Below, piece by piece: positions 1 through 10,343 of a stretch of DNA of 32,000 nucleotides (its first letter is position 1; the number at the start of each line of letters is the position of its first letter). The notes under the pieces were generated by a model. That model was not told where the DNA came from and made no database searches. It worked only from the letters and a program-made list of their open reading frames with translations. The stretch spans positions 1 to 32,000 of the forward strand of contig BAAFSQ010000086.1 in NCBI GenBank assembly GCA_054661495.1, written 5' to 3'. The position numbers were made by a program, and so were the translations under genes. Source of the DNA: Zygophlyctis sp. KS116 (lineage: Eukaryota > Fungi > Chytridiomycota).

Positions 1-103
1 TCTTGTATTCCATCTTGAATGTCCCCTAGATAACATGCATCCCTATATCTTGTATTTTTAGAGATTTCTAAATCATCACTTATTATCCTCTGAGCTTCCC
101 TTG
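1..103. repeat. Direct repeat copy L: sirtuin 3' fragment plus 26-bp extension; truncated by window edge
   Basis: 1-103 matches 2625-2727 with 3 mismatches; 1-77 is identical to 3073-3149 inside the sirtuin CDS. Confidence 0.95.
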
Positions 104-461
104 ATCGACGAATATTCGATCTTCCATTGTAGATTTACACGCCATCGGTTGAAATCTTTGAATCAACTGCATTAGATGAGCAGATATAACGGTATCATAA
201 GAGCAGATTCAATAACTTTTGCTACAGCTAAATTACTCTTGGAAGCAGAGCCTTTTGAAGACGGTCAAGGAAAAATCAAATCATATTTTCTAGAAAAGAT
301 TGCCATTGAAGGACAATCAAGATATAAACTTGCATTCATTGATGCTTTAATTGAGTCTTGAGCAAATTTCATCATAAATCTCCCATCGTAAATGGTGTCA
401 TGAGTCCTCCAAGTAGAATGTCTACTCCTCAATAAACAGCCGTATCAATGCAAATAACTAT

Positions 462-2487
462 TTATTTATGAAGCGCTGATTCGTTCCATTTCTGAATGAA
501 AAATATGTTTACTTTATTCCTTTCTTTCCCATAATCCCAGCCAAAAGTTTGCAAAAGTCCCACTCCTGATGGCTCGGCCAAAGTGAAAGTTTCAGATTTC
601 TTCAAGTCAACAACAAAAAAAATTTCAAGACAAGTAATTTCAAAAGACTGTGGAGATTGTGACAGTGCAAACAGGAAACTGTAGAAATATTCAATCTTGA
701 ATGAATGTGTGTCACCGCCAGTTATTTGAACAAATCTCACCAATCCTATGCTTTTGTTCATGTATATAGCATCAAATCCACCTTGGTTCCATTTGTTTGG
801 TTTAAACCAGACACCATCATTTTTTGGTAGAGAAGGAAAACTAGTCATATCCAGATTTCGAACGCTGTATTGGGGCCAAGTTTGCTGTACAGTGCCATTT
901 TTGTCCAACAATTTTACACCACCACTGCGAAGACTGGCAAAAAACCACATTTCCAGCAGCCAACCATCCATAGAAGGATTGCCATCGAGTTTGGTGACCT
1001 GAGATAATTGGCTAATCAGTTCTGGTCCTGCTTTAATGGCCAATTCTACTCCAGCAAATCGACTTACAATAGATATTTTTTCCCCATCAGAATCCAGAAA
1101 TGTACTCAAAAGTCGATTCACAACATTATTAGACTGTGGTCCTACCATACCTTTGATGTACAACATAATATCATCTACTTCTTTGACAGAATTCTTTGTA
1201 AATTCAATGACTTTCTTTGTAGAGAAATTAAACATCCATCTCGCTGAAGATCCGGCAAAATAATGTTTAGAAAGCACCAATTCTTCAGGTGTAGCAGGAG
1301 AATTCTTAAATAATTTAGAATCCAACCATTTATTTACATAAGGAGAAATATTCACCATCTCTTCAGGCATTGCAGAAGAACTGAACGATAAGTCTGTATC
1401 AAGCAGATTCTTGACATAAGAAAAAAAATCTGGATTTTGAACAGCATCCAGATACTCCTGTACCTTCCAAGAATAAACAAAGAATTCTTCAACATTCATT
1501 TGCATGTCTTCATGTGGCTTTACCTTGTAACGCGAAGACATTGAACAAACAATAGCCAATCTTCGTTTCTCTCGGTCTGTTTCAAGCCAAAAATAGCAAG
1601 CTTGTTGTACATCACTGTGATTGGCTACATTTAAAGCATATCCATCAACAAAAACAATGTGTTGTTTTGAATCAGCCACTTCTCCCAAAATTTTAACAAG
1701 TTCATCAATTTTCCCGAAGCTAATTCGTCTAGACTTTTTCAAATCACCATCCAAACGAACACATACAGGATATTGATCACGACTCAAATGGATCCAAGTA
1801 ACAACCCAATCTTTTTTGTCCAGAGTTGAAGCGAATGCCAGAGCAGTCGTCGACTTTCCCGTCCCTCGAGGCCCAAGAATCCAACCAAGAGCACCCTCAT
1901 TTATGACTCTATCATTTAAGAACTTTACTTGTTCATGAAAAGTCGGGCGACAGTAAAGAAAAAGCTTCTCAGATCCCAGACCAGTGTTTTCCAAGTAATT
2001 AGAGTCTAATACAAACAAAACAGAGCTAGGATCATATGAAAGTTGTTTGATTTTTGATATTTTCCAATCAATCTTTCCTGTCTGAGGAGAGCTTCCTGTA
2101 AAATTCAACGCATCAGAAGACGGAACAGCAACAATCAGAGCATCTTTTAATGACTTTCCAAGATCATCCACAGGAGAATCTTCATCGAGCGGAACGCCCT
2201 ATGATAAGATTCTAATAAATTACCTTTTCTACAGCAGCATCTCTCTTATCAAATGATTGCTTGTTCTTAAAGACTTTGAGAAGTCCAGATGGAATATCCT
2301 TTAGATGACTGTCAGAGTACTCGGCTTTGACAGCTTTTCTCAATTCTGTTATATCAGAACCAGGAGGAACTGAAACTTTATCAGCAGTCGTTCCCTTGTA
2401 TGGCTTTCCAGTCCCATAGTCATAGAGATGAAACCAAATCTTTGATTCTTCTTTACTTGACAATTTCCGTTTCTTTGATTTTGGCAT
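462..2487 (-). CDS. Crinkler (CRN)-family protein: ubiquitin-like header, P-loop NTPase and restriction-endonuclease-like C-terminus
   Basis: ORFs 2212..2517 and 462..2171 join through a 25-nt GT-AG intron (2199-2223), giving ...AVEK|GVPLDEDSPVDDLGKSLKDALIVAVP. Header motif IWFHL..PYKGTTADKV..LRKAVKAEY..LIVAVP, Walker A GPRGTGKST, Walker B IVFVDG, REase-like WFKPNKWNQGGFDAIY..VRFVQIT. First ATG is at 2487 (MPKSKKRKL). Confidence 0.85.
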
Positions 2488-2607
2488 CAATAGAAAGTTT
2501 CTTTCTGTTGGGCGCAAACTCGACGGGAGCGGCCGTGCGCCAGTCTCAAGACTTGACAGAATGGCAAGTCTGAATGCACAATCCTCTGATTAGTAGAATC
2601 TTTTTAT

Positions 2608-2727
2608 CTAATAAGTTTACTAATTCTTGTATTCCATTTTGAATGTCCCATAGATAACACGCATCCCTATATCTTGTATTTTTAGAGATTTCTAAATCAT
2701 CACTTATTATCCTCTGAGCTTCCCTTG
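2608..2727. repeat. Direct repeat copy R (sirtuin-derived)
   Basis: 2608-2701 matches sirtuin 3056-3149 with 3 mismatches; 2625-2727 matches 1-103. Confidence 0.95.
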
Positions 2728-2761
2728 CTTCATTCAACTTGAGAGTCATTGGCTCTGTGGC

Positions 2762-3016
2762 ATGATTGTATCATCTAACAAAGAATCTGGACATGGCCGT
2801 TATGATGTCAGAATTGAATTTCGAAAGCACAAAAAGGCTGTCGTTTTCGAGTTCAAAAATCAATCAGTAAAGACAGTCTTGAAATGGATGCTCAAAAAGC
2901 TCTTTATTTTTAATAATTATGTTTCTGATCTTTCAGATTGAAAATGTCTTTTAGTCAGAGTATCATTTTATAGGAAAGAAATATCTAGTCTGAAAGCAAA
3001 GCAATTACAAAAGTAG
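2762..3016 (+). pseudogene. Decayed C-terminal fragment of a PD-(D/E)XK nuclease domain (PDDEXK_9 / AAA-ATPase-like family)
   Basis: Reads IVSSNKESGHGRYDVRIEFRKHKKAVVFEFK, then after a frameshift KDSLEMDAQKAL, then NNYVSDLSD*KCLLVRVSFYRKEI. This fits the SNxESGxGRxD...EFK...AxxALxQI..Y...GIAFxGK pattern, with frameshifts and an internal TGA. Confidence 0.7.
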
Positions 3017-3017
3017 T

Positions 3018-4001
3018 CTACTCCTTGATCAACCTTGATAAATCGTCTTGCCAGCCTAATAAGTTTACTAATTCTTGTATTCCATCTTGAATGTCCCCTA
3101 GATAACATGCATCCCTATATCTTGTATTTTTAGAGATTTCTAAATCATCTAGATCACTTTTATCCAAATCATCCAAAGACTCTGCTGCTTGTTCTGATTC
3201 GAGTAAAACAATCTGAAAATCACCAACCAGTTCCATATTAATCAACAAACGTGGTACATTTGCAGATACCATACTAGTTAAAGAAGCAAAAGGTGCAACT
3301 GAAAGTGATGTTCCTAAAACAATCAATAAATCACATTTAGAAAAATCCTTTAATGAATCATAAAATTGTTCAGGTAAAGACTCTCCAAAAAACGTTATAC
3401 ATGGCTTTACAAAACCTCCACAATCAGTACATTTCAAAAATTCATTTTTACAAAGAGCCTCCTTCATCCAATCCTTTGTATACTTTTTACTACATTTCCG
3501 ATCATCTTGTAAAGAAACACCAACACAATTCCCTTGATAAAATGAACCATGCGCCTCTACTAATTTTATCGGATCTAAACCAGCTTTCCTTTCTAGAGTA
3601 TCAACATTCTGAGTAAAATTTCGCATTAAAATCCCCTTTTCTTGCAACAATTTAATAAAATAATGAGTCTTTGTAGGAATGAAATCATCGGTAATCATTT
3701 CCTTTGCTAGAGTAAAAAACGGTAAAGGATTTTCATAAAAATAATCAATATCAAATACAGCTTCAGGATATGGTAAATTGTACTTTTGTAAATTGTCATA
3801 AATTCCAGTGTCCGGACTTCTGAAATCCGGAATTCCACTTGCTGTAGAGATCCCAGCTCCTGAAAGAACAATAATATTTTTAGGATTAAAAGTCTGGATG
3901 TAAGATACTATCCCATAGAGATCGGGGGAAGACAGCGGAAGAAGATCAGACAGTGCATCAGTCAATGAATTTAAATTTGGAAAATCGTTTATTTCCTTCA
4001 T
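3018..4001 (-). CDS. HST2: NAD-dependent deacetylase, class I sirtuin (Hst2/SIRT2-like)
   Basis: GAGISTASGIPDFRSP, FTQNVDTLE, EAHGSF, Zn-binding cysteines, KPCITFFGE, GTSLSVAPF. Confidence 0.92.
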   Translation of the reverse strand: MKEINDFPNLNSLTDALSDLLPLSSPDLYGIVSYIQTFNPKNIIVLSGAGISTASGIPDFRSPDTGIYDNLQKYNLPYPEAVFDIDYFYENPLPFFTLAKEMITDDFIPTKTHYFIKLLQEKGILMRNFTQNVDTLERKAGLDPIKLVEAHGSFYQGNCVGVSLQDDRKCSKKYTKDWMKEALCKNEFLKCTDCGGFVKPCITFFGESLPEQFYDSLKDFSKCDLLIVLGTSLSVAPFASLTSMVSANVPRLLINMELVGDFQIVLLESEQAAESLDDLDKSDLDDLEISKNTRYRDACYLGDIQDGIQELVNLLGWQDDLSRLIKE

Positions 4002-4024
4002 TCTAACCTCCTCCTAACAATATG

Positions 4025-4683
4025 TCAGTTTTCATAAGTCTTTTCAAAATACTCTGAAGCCTTTGAAGTATTTATAGACGCTTTTCCTTTTTTCCAATCT
4101 ACAGGACATACTTCTCCATGTTCCTAAAATTTAATTTTTTAAAAAAAAATACTTGCGCAAATTGAAATCCTTGAACCAGTCTTAAAATTTCATCTACTGA
4201 TCTTCCGACACTTAAATCATTAACTTGATAATGTTTAAGAATCCCTTTAGGATCCATAATAAAAGTTGCTCTTAGTGCAATTCCAGCATCAGGACCATCT
4301 TGAATCAAAACTCCAAATTTTTTTGAAATTTCCTTTGTAATATCTGCAACAAGAGGATATTCCAAATTTCCAATTCCACCTTCCTTTCTTGGCATTTTAG
4401 TCCATGACAAATGTGAAAATTTAGAGTCTATAGAGACTCCAACAACATCAGTATTAAGTTTTTTAAATTCTTTAATTCGGTCCGAAAATGAAATAATTTC
4501 AGTCGGACAAACAAATGTAAAGTCCAATGGATAAAAGAATAAAACAAGCCATTTCCCTTTAAAATCTTTGGAAGAGATATTAGAAAAAGAATGATTTAAT
4601 ACTGCAGTCCCAGCCCATTCTGGGGCAGCCTTTTGAATCACTGGATGAGAATAGAAACGTTTAAAGCCACGAAAAAGAATCAT
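4025..4683 (-). CDS. Typical 2-Cys peroxiredoxin, probably mitochondrial (Tsa1/PRDX3-like)
   Basis: FYPLDFTFVCPTE motif; 29-nt intron 4124-4152 restores EHGEVCPVDWKKG...EYFEKTYEN*; N-terminus MILFRGFKRFYS resembles a transit peptide. Confidence 0.92.
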
Positions 4684-4725
4684 TTTTCTAATTTTAGGTC
4701 CAGGACTGGAAATTGTCAAATTCAA

Positions 4726-6010
4726 ATGTCGTTCATTACAAGGAGAACTGGACATTTCAAAATTGGCCCATTTAAAAAATTATATTCTTCATGGAGTATT
4801 GGGCTTAAACCAGACACTGTAGAATTTCAAGGGTTGGCAAAGTCTTTTGCTGACAAGGAGTTGAAACCAAACATATCAAATTGGGATCAGAATGAGATAT
4901 GGCCTGTAGACACTTTTAAAAAAGCTGCGGAATTGGGATTTGGTGGGATTTACTGTTCAGAAGAGTTTGGTGGTTCAGGGTTAAAACGTCTGGACGCGAG
5001 CGTGATTTTTGAGGCTTTGGCTACTGGATGTGTATCTACTACGGTATTTTATTATAATTTTTATTAAGGCATTCATCTCAATACATAATATGGTTGCTTT
5101 TATGATTGATAAATTTGGATCGGATTTTCTTAAAAAGAAATATTTACGGGACTTGACTAGTATGAGTGCATTAGGTTCTTATTGTTTAACTGAACCAAAT
5201 TCTGGATCTGATGCTGCATCGCTATCTACTTTAGCTGTAAAAAAAGGTGATGAATATATTTTAAATGGTGAAAAAGCATTTATTTCTGGTGGTGGAGTTT
5301 CAGATTTTTATATTGTGATGGCAAGGACAGGTAAGAATAATTTTAAGAATTTTAGGAGGATCAGGACCTAAAGGAATCTCTGCATTTTTAGTACCAAAAG
5401 GTACAAATGGGCTTTCTTTTGGGAAAAAGGAAAAAAAGATGGGTTGGAATTCTTCTACAACTGCTGCTGTTATATTACAGGATGTTTGTATTCCAGATTC
5501 ACATTTAATTGGGATGGAAGGTCAAGGATTTTCTATTGCAATGCATGGATTAAATGGAGGTCGTGTAAATATTGCATCTTGTTCTTTAGGCGGAGCAACT
5601 TCTTGTTTGGATCTTGCATTAGATTATGTCAAGAATCGGTCTCAATTTTCTTCTCCTTTAGTAGAATTTCAGTCTGTACAATTTAAATTAGCCGATATAT
5701 TTACAGCTTTAAGTGCATCACGTTTAATGATTCGTCAAGCTGCTGTTTTATTGGATAATGATGATCCTAATGCACCAATGTATTGTGCCATGGCAAAGGT
5801 TTTTGCTACAGATGCATGTTTTAATGTATTTTATTCCAGTTTTTATAATTATAGGCGTCTAATGATTGTTTACAATTATTTGGAGGGTATGGATACCTAA
5901 AGGATTACAAGGTTGAACAATATACAAGAGACTTGAGAGTTCATCAGATTCTTGAAGGAACAAATCAGATTATGAGATTGATAATTGCTAAATCCTTGAC
6001 CAAGAATTAA
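4726..6010 (+). CDS. ACAD8: Acyl-CoA dehydrogenase, isobutyryl-CoA dehydrogenase (ACAD8)-like, mitochondrial
   Basis: Introns 5044-5068, 5331-5355 and 5826-5854 give a continuous protein with [59 protein letters not shown]. Confidence 0.9.
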
Positions 6011-6109
6011 GAAATCATTATTAAAATGTATCTTGTTCCTGTTTGATAATTAAGAAATCAAAATGTTGAGTTGTCCGAAATATCAAATTTCTGGGTTAGG
6101 CCGCACATT

Positions 6110-7739
6110 ATGGAAAATAACTTGCCAGTATATCTACAAGAGCCTTTTGAAGCATCTAGCCTTACTATCCTTGAGATAATTCAGATTCTAACGCACCATG
6201 GAGTTCCTCTTCCTTCCGCCAGACAACGCAAGGCTTTCTATGTTGAACTGATCAATAAATCTCTTGAGCAGTACAAGGAGGAATGGATTGCAGAATTCCA
6301 AAAGTCAAAAAATCCTTTTCAGTCTTTTACTCAGTCTCCAGTCGTCATTTCTCCGTTAAGAAAGTCGCCTCGTAAAACACCTCAAAGGACTCCAAAATCC
6401 ACTCCATCAAGGGAAAAAAAGGAAACTCCTAAGAATGCTCCTCCAAAAGACAATGATTTATCATTTCAAACTCCAACAAAATCAAAAGTTCCTACAGTCA
6501 AGACTCCATATGTAGTTCGGACAGCGCCAGCCGCCCCTCAGCAAAACAAATTTAGATATGGATCGATTCTCATCTTACTTTTCGCCATGGTCATTTCTTC
6601 AAAATGGTTAACCTTTTGTGATGATAAGCACAGTTTTCTATGTTTGCCCTGCCCTCGGTTTTCTAAATGTTCTGGTCGTACGATATTGAAATGTACTAGT
6701 CCGGACTGGGAATTGAAAAGAGGGTGGTGGATGACAGAATGGAATTCTAACTATATTCTTTGGCCATTTAATATTGATTATTGTCAAGACAAGACTAGGC
6801 AAATAGCAAAAGAAACTAAAAAGCTTTTAAAGTTGGGTATGGCAGTAATTTTGGTCTAACTTTACAGGGATGATGTTAAATAAAATAGTAAATACGTGGG
6901 TTGGAAAAGCAGAATGTGGGGAAATAATTCAAAATGATAAGAATTCTTGGGCTTGGTCAAAGAGTAACTCAAAAATGGCAATTTTGGGGATGCCTGTTTC
7001 AATTGCAAAGGAAATGTTAAAATCTATGGCTGGGTCTCATAAAGATGAAGAGTTTGAAGATCTCTGGATGAAGCTCTTGGATAATATTATGGGGTCTGCT
7101 AAAAAGCTTAAACTTGAGTTAGAATTAGTACTGGACGATACACATAGGCAGCATAGACTTTTTAAATCATTTTCTCCTCCTATTCATTCTTTTTCATGTC
7201 AGCTAAAAATGGGTCTCCTTGGCTTAGCTCAAAGATACTCAATGACTCTTATTGGACTCGGAAGTTTGCTAGCACTTTTGACTATATTTTATGCCAGAAA
7301 GCAGGCATCTCTAAGAGAAGCTATGGTAATTAATCGTTTAGTGGAAGATATTTTGGATGCCATTCAACAGGAAACACATCTTCATACCAAAGACAAGACT
7401 AAGCATCCATTTCCAGGACTGTCTTTATCACAACTCAAGGATCATTTTTTACCACTATTCTCTTCAAAGCAGCGCGGACTAAAGCCTTTGGATCCTATAT
7501 CTGGGTTTCCTTGTGAGAGTGATGCTAATGATCGCACTAGATGGTACTTGGATGAACTTACCCGTTCAAGAGTCTGGTCTCGCGTCTATGCAACTCTTGG
7601 ATCCAATACACTATTAAAAGAAGCAGCCATGGATGTCTCAGGAGAAACTCAAAATATTCTAGTTTTTGTTGGAAGTCATTCTTTGGGATGGTCAACTCCA
7701 AAAGCAAAAGAATCTCCCAAAATAGTTGAAAACTTTTAA
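6110..7739 (+). CDS. SRC1: Inner nuclear membrane HeH/LEM protein (Heh1/Src1/Man1 family)
   Basis: N-terminal YLQEPFEASSLT..ILTHHGV HeH motif, S/T-P-rich linker, TM, CLPCP..C lumenal domain, second TM and MSC-like tail; 31-nt intron 6837-6867 with a CTAAC branch site. Confidence 0.8.
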
Positions 7740-7755
7740 TATTTTACTCTTCCAC

Positions 7756-8687
7756 TCAAATTATAGTCAACATGGGCTTAAATGATGATTTGTAAGCAGT
7801 AAATCCCTTTAAACTTCTTCTCTTTTGAAGCCTCCTAAAACCTTCTTGTATATGACACGGAAGAAGAGGAGTTTGAGTAGAATGCATTCTAGTAAATATG
7901 GATGTCTGTCCTGAATCTCTCCTTATATCCAAGACTTCGGATTCATCCCATTCATTCTTCACCTTTAGTCCCTATTCATAAATTTCAAAAAAAGTACCAT
8001 TTCAGTTAGAGATCGAACACATTCATACGCAAAAAACCCTAAAATGTCCATTACATCCGAACTAGATTTATTTTCATAATATCTATTTGTATTTAGAAAT
8101 AAATTCTCACCTTTGCATTTCACACCAATCTCTAAACCTTTTTAGTTTTTTAAATGTGAATGAAGCCTGTCTGCATTCGGCATAGTAAATATATTCCTCC
8201 TTTGACATGACCCTAGTAGCTGCATCAGCATTCTTGAATTTTACCAAAAAATAAAAAAAACCTTTAGTCTATCTTGATCATACAGAATCTCTGGATCTTC
8301 AAATCTCTGCGTATCATTTCTATCTGGAATAAATTCAGCAAATGGATCCCAAAAAAATGAAATGAACTTTTGTCTAGGTCTTTCAACCTCCACCTCGACC
8401 TCATCATACGAATTGTCCTTCAAGTTCTTTCTGATATCTTTCCACGATAAAAACTCTCGAAGTCTTGAAACTTTTTGTGCGTTATCCCGAACAATGAATA
8501 TCAAGTCCTGCGGTTGAATTATTCTAGAATTTCTTTTATGAGCACAACACAACCCTCGAGTTATTATTTCCAGTATCTGTCGCTTTGTTATATCTTCTAC
8601 TAGTAAAAGAGTTTCATCGGCCGGTTCTCGACTTTCGCCCATAACAAACATCATTTGTTGTATTTCAGACTGGAAATGGCTCTTCAT
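7756..8687 (-). CDS. SPT3: SAGA complex subunit Spt3
   Basis: EIQQMMFVMGE, DLIFIVR..KVSRLREFLSWKDIRK; introns 8233-8261, 8083-8110 and 7972-7997 add MSKEEYIYYAECRQASFTFKK..RFRDW and DILGFFAYE. Confidence 0.9.
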
Positions 8688-8871
8688 CCTAAACTAGCCA
8701 CTGACCCGAACCTCGCTCTAAGGCAAACTAAACCTAAAAAGGAAAAATATCGGACACGCAGGATCATTGTAAATCTCTCTATTTAGAGTTATTTAATCAA
8801 CCTTTTAAGCTGGTTCTCTATTGTGGGGAACTCAAATAAAATTTCTAAATCGTAGAAAGTTAATTGTATTG

Positions 8872-9012
8872 TTACTTGCATTGACCTTTATTATTACCTT
8901 TATTATTACCTTTCCTAGAAGTACTATCTTCTGGAAATTCACATTTATTAGAACTGCATTCGTCTTTTTTTGAACATTTAGCACCTTTTTTGCCCAAACA
9001 CTTCTTTTCATC
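8872..9012 (-). pseudogene. 3' relic of a Cys-rich secreted protein gene
   Basis: Translates DEKKCLGKKGAKCSKKDECSSNKCEFPEDSTSRKGNNKGNNKGQCK*, the same C-x5-C-x4-C module as the genes at 14533 and 25065. No start codon or signal peptide; cut at the 98-bp repeat. Confidence 0.75.
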
Positions 9013-9110
9013 TAATCGGACGAGCAAGTCTATATTGTATTCAAGCAAGAATGCAAAGAGTTCCTATCATCTTGGTTCCTCAACTTTGGGATCTTTTATC
9101 AGCTAGATAG
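9013..9110. repeat. 98-bp perfect direct repeat, copy 1
   Basis: taatcggacgagcaag...atcagctagatag is identical to 10106-10203. Confidence 0.97.
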
Positions 9111-9168
9111 ACAAAAATGAAAATCAAAAAATGCATTTAGTTTTATCTCTAATAAACTTATTGCGGAT

Positions 9169-9866
9169 TTATGGATTTATAACCTGAGTCAGATCTGGAT
9201 ATTGCCCATTGATGTTTCCACTATTTGATGAGAAATAAAAACTTACCTGGGATAATAATAGCAGACGTTTATTTTTCTATCGGCATTCTTAGCAAAAGCG
9301 CATCCAACATCAGTGGTACCTGGCCACATCATCTGGGTAAAACGGTTTATTTGATTGAATTGGAAGACGCCAGCAGATGGCTTACTTTTCCATTCGCTAA
9401 GATACTGCTTGTATTTGTCAGCCTGGCCGTAAAACATATCGATCGAGGGGCTGCAGACTAGCTTATTTCGCCATGGATATGTTACTTGAGCAAGATTAGC
9501 TCCATACTCATAGCTTGCATTAACGCTTAGAGGTTTTGATTTGACAATCAAATGCTCCGCCCATTTTTGAGCCGCCTGTGTCAGGGAAGCGTTCCATTTA
9601 AGCATTTTGAGTTTCTGGCCTGCTTTATTGTCACGATACAAGTTTCGATAATAGTTTTGTGTATCGATGCAATCTGTCTTCCATTCATTGTATGAACCCA
9701 GAGAAGTAAGCTCAGATGCAGGAGTGCCGGGACGGGTAAGAGTCAGAAGCTGGTTCTGCGGTGTTGTTGCAATTGATCGCTTGAGTAGCTGATTTCTAGC
9801 TACTGAGCCTAGGGAGCTTTGAAGCAAAGTAATCATAACAATCAGGAATGCGTTTGTAGTTTTCAT
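9169..9866 (-). CDS. Secreted CAP/SCP/PR-1 family protein
   Basis: Signal peptide, KR site, LKWNASLTQAAQKWA, YGANLA, FTQMMW..TTDVGCA, VCYYYP; 26-nt intron 9221-9246 adds SGNINGQYP. Confidence 0.9.
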
Positions 9867-10105
9867 TTTTTTTAGTAAGAATTAGCGGCCAATAATTCAG
9901 ACAAATGTGTGGCTGCCGGACGACGCCGCATGTTTCATGAGCGGAATAGTTCTGGGAATGAAAATTCAGAGATCCGCTTAATCCTTACTAATGCTTTTTA
10001 GAGAGAAGAAACTTACGTATTTGTTTTTCATGTTAATATTGATATAATCGCTGAGACTGATTAGTTTGAATTTATATCATATGACGTTTTGTCCAAAATT
10101 AAAAA

Positions 10106-10203
10106 TAATCGGACGAGCAAGTCTATATTGTATTCAAGCAAGAATGCAAAGAGTTCCTATCATCTTGGTTCCTCAACTTTGGGATCTTTTATCAGCTAGA
10201 TAG
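10106..10203. repeat. 98-bp perfect direct repeat, copy 2
   Basis: Identical to 9013-9110. Confidence 0.97.
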
Positions 10204-10343
10204 GCCTACAAATCTCGGTCGCTGATCCTTTCTCTTATCATTTTTAGAAGCTGGATGTGAGAAAACAACAGTCGAAGTATTAACCATTTAATTTTATTGT
10301 TTATGATGATATAGGAAATAATCCATCTCTGAAGAGTACTTTC

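Noticed and set aside
104-460. 61-aa ORF 176..361 and surrounding coding-like sequence
   Set aside because: Possibly another gene relic, but I cannot assign a family or a consistent frame.
2546-2749. 67-aa ORF with sirtuin-like C-terminal sequence
   Set aside because: It is a by-product of the duplicated sirtuin fragment and has no catalytic domain.
4002-4016. Shine-Dalgarno-like AGGAGGAGGT just upstream of the sirtuin ATG
   Set aside because: The gene is a eukaryotic class I sirtuin among intron-containing genes; a chance match is most likely.
9013-10203. LTR retrotransposon or TRIM interpretation of the 98-bp repeats
   Set aside because: No TG...CA termini, PBS, PPT or flanking TSD are evident, and the cargo retains an intron.
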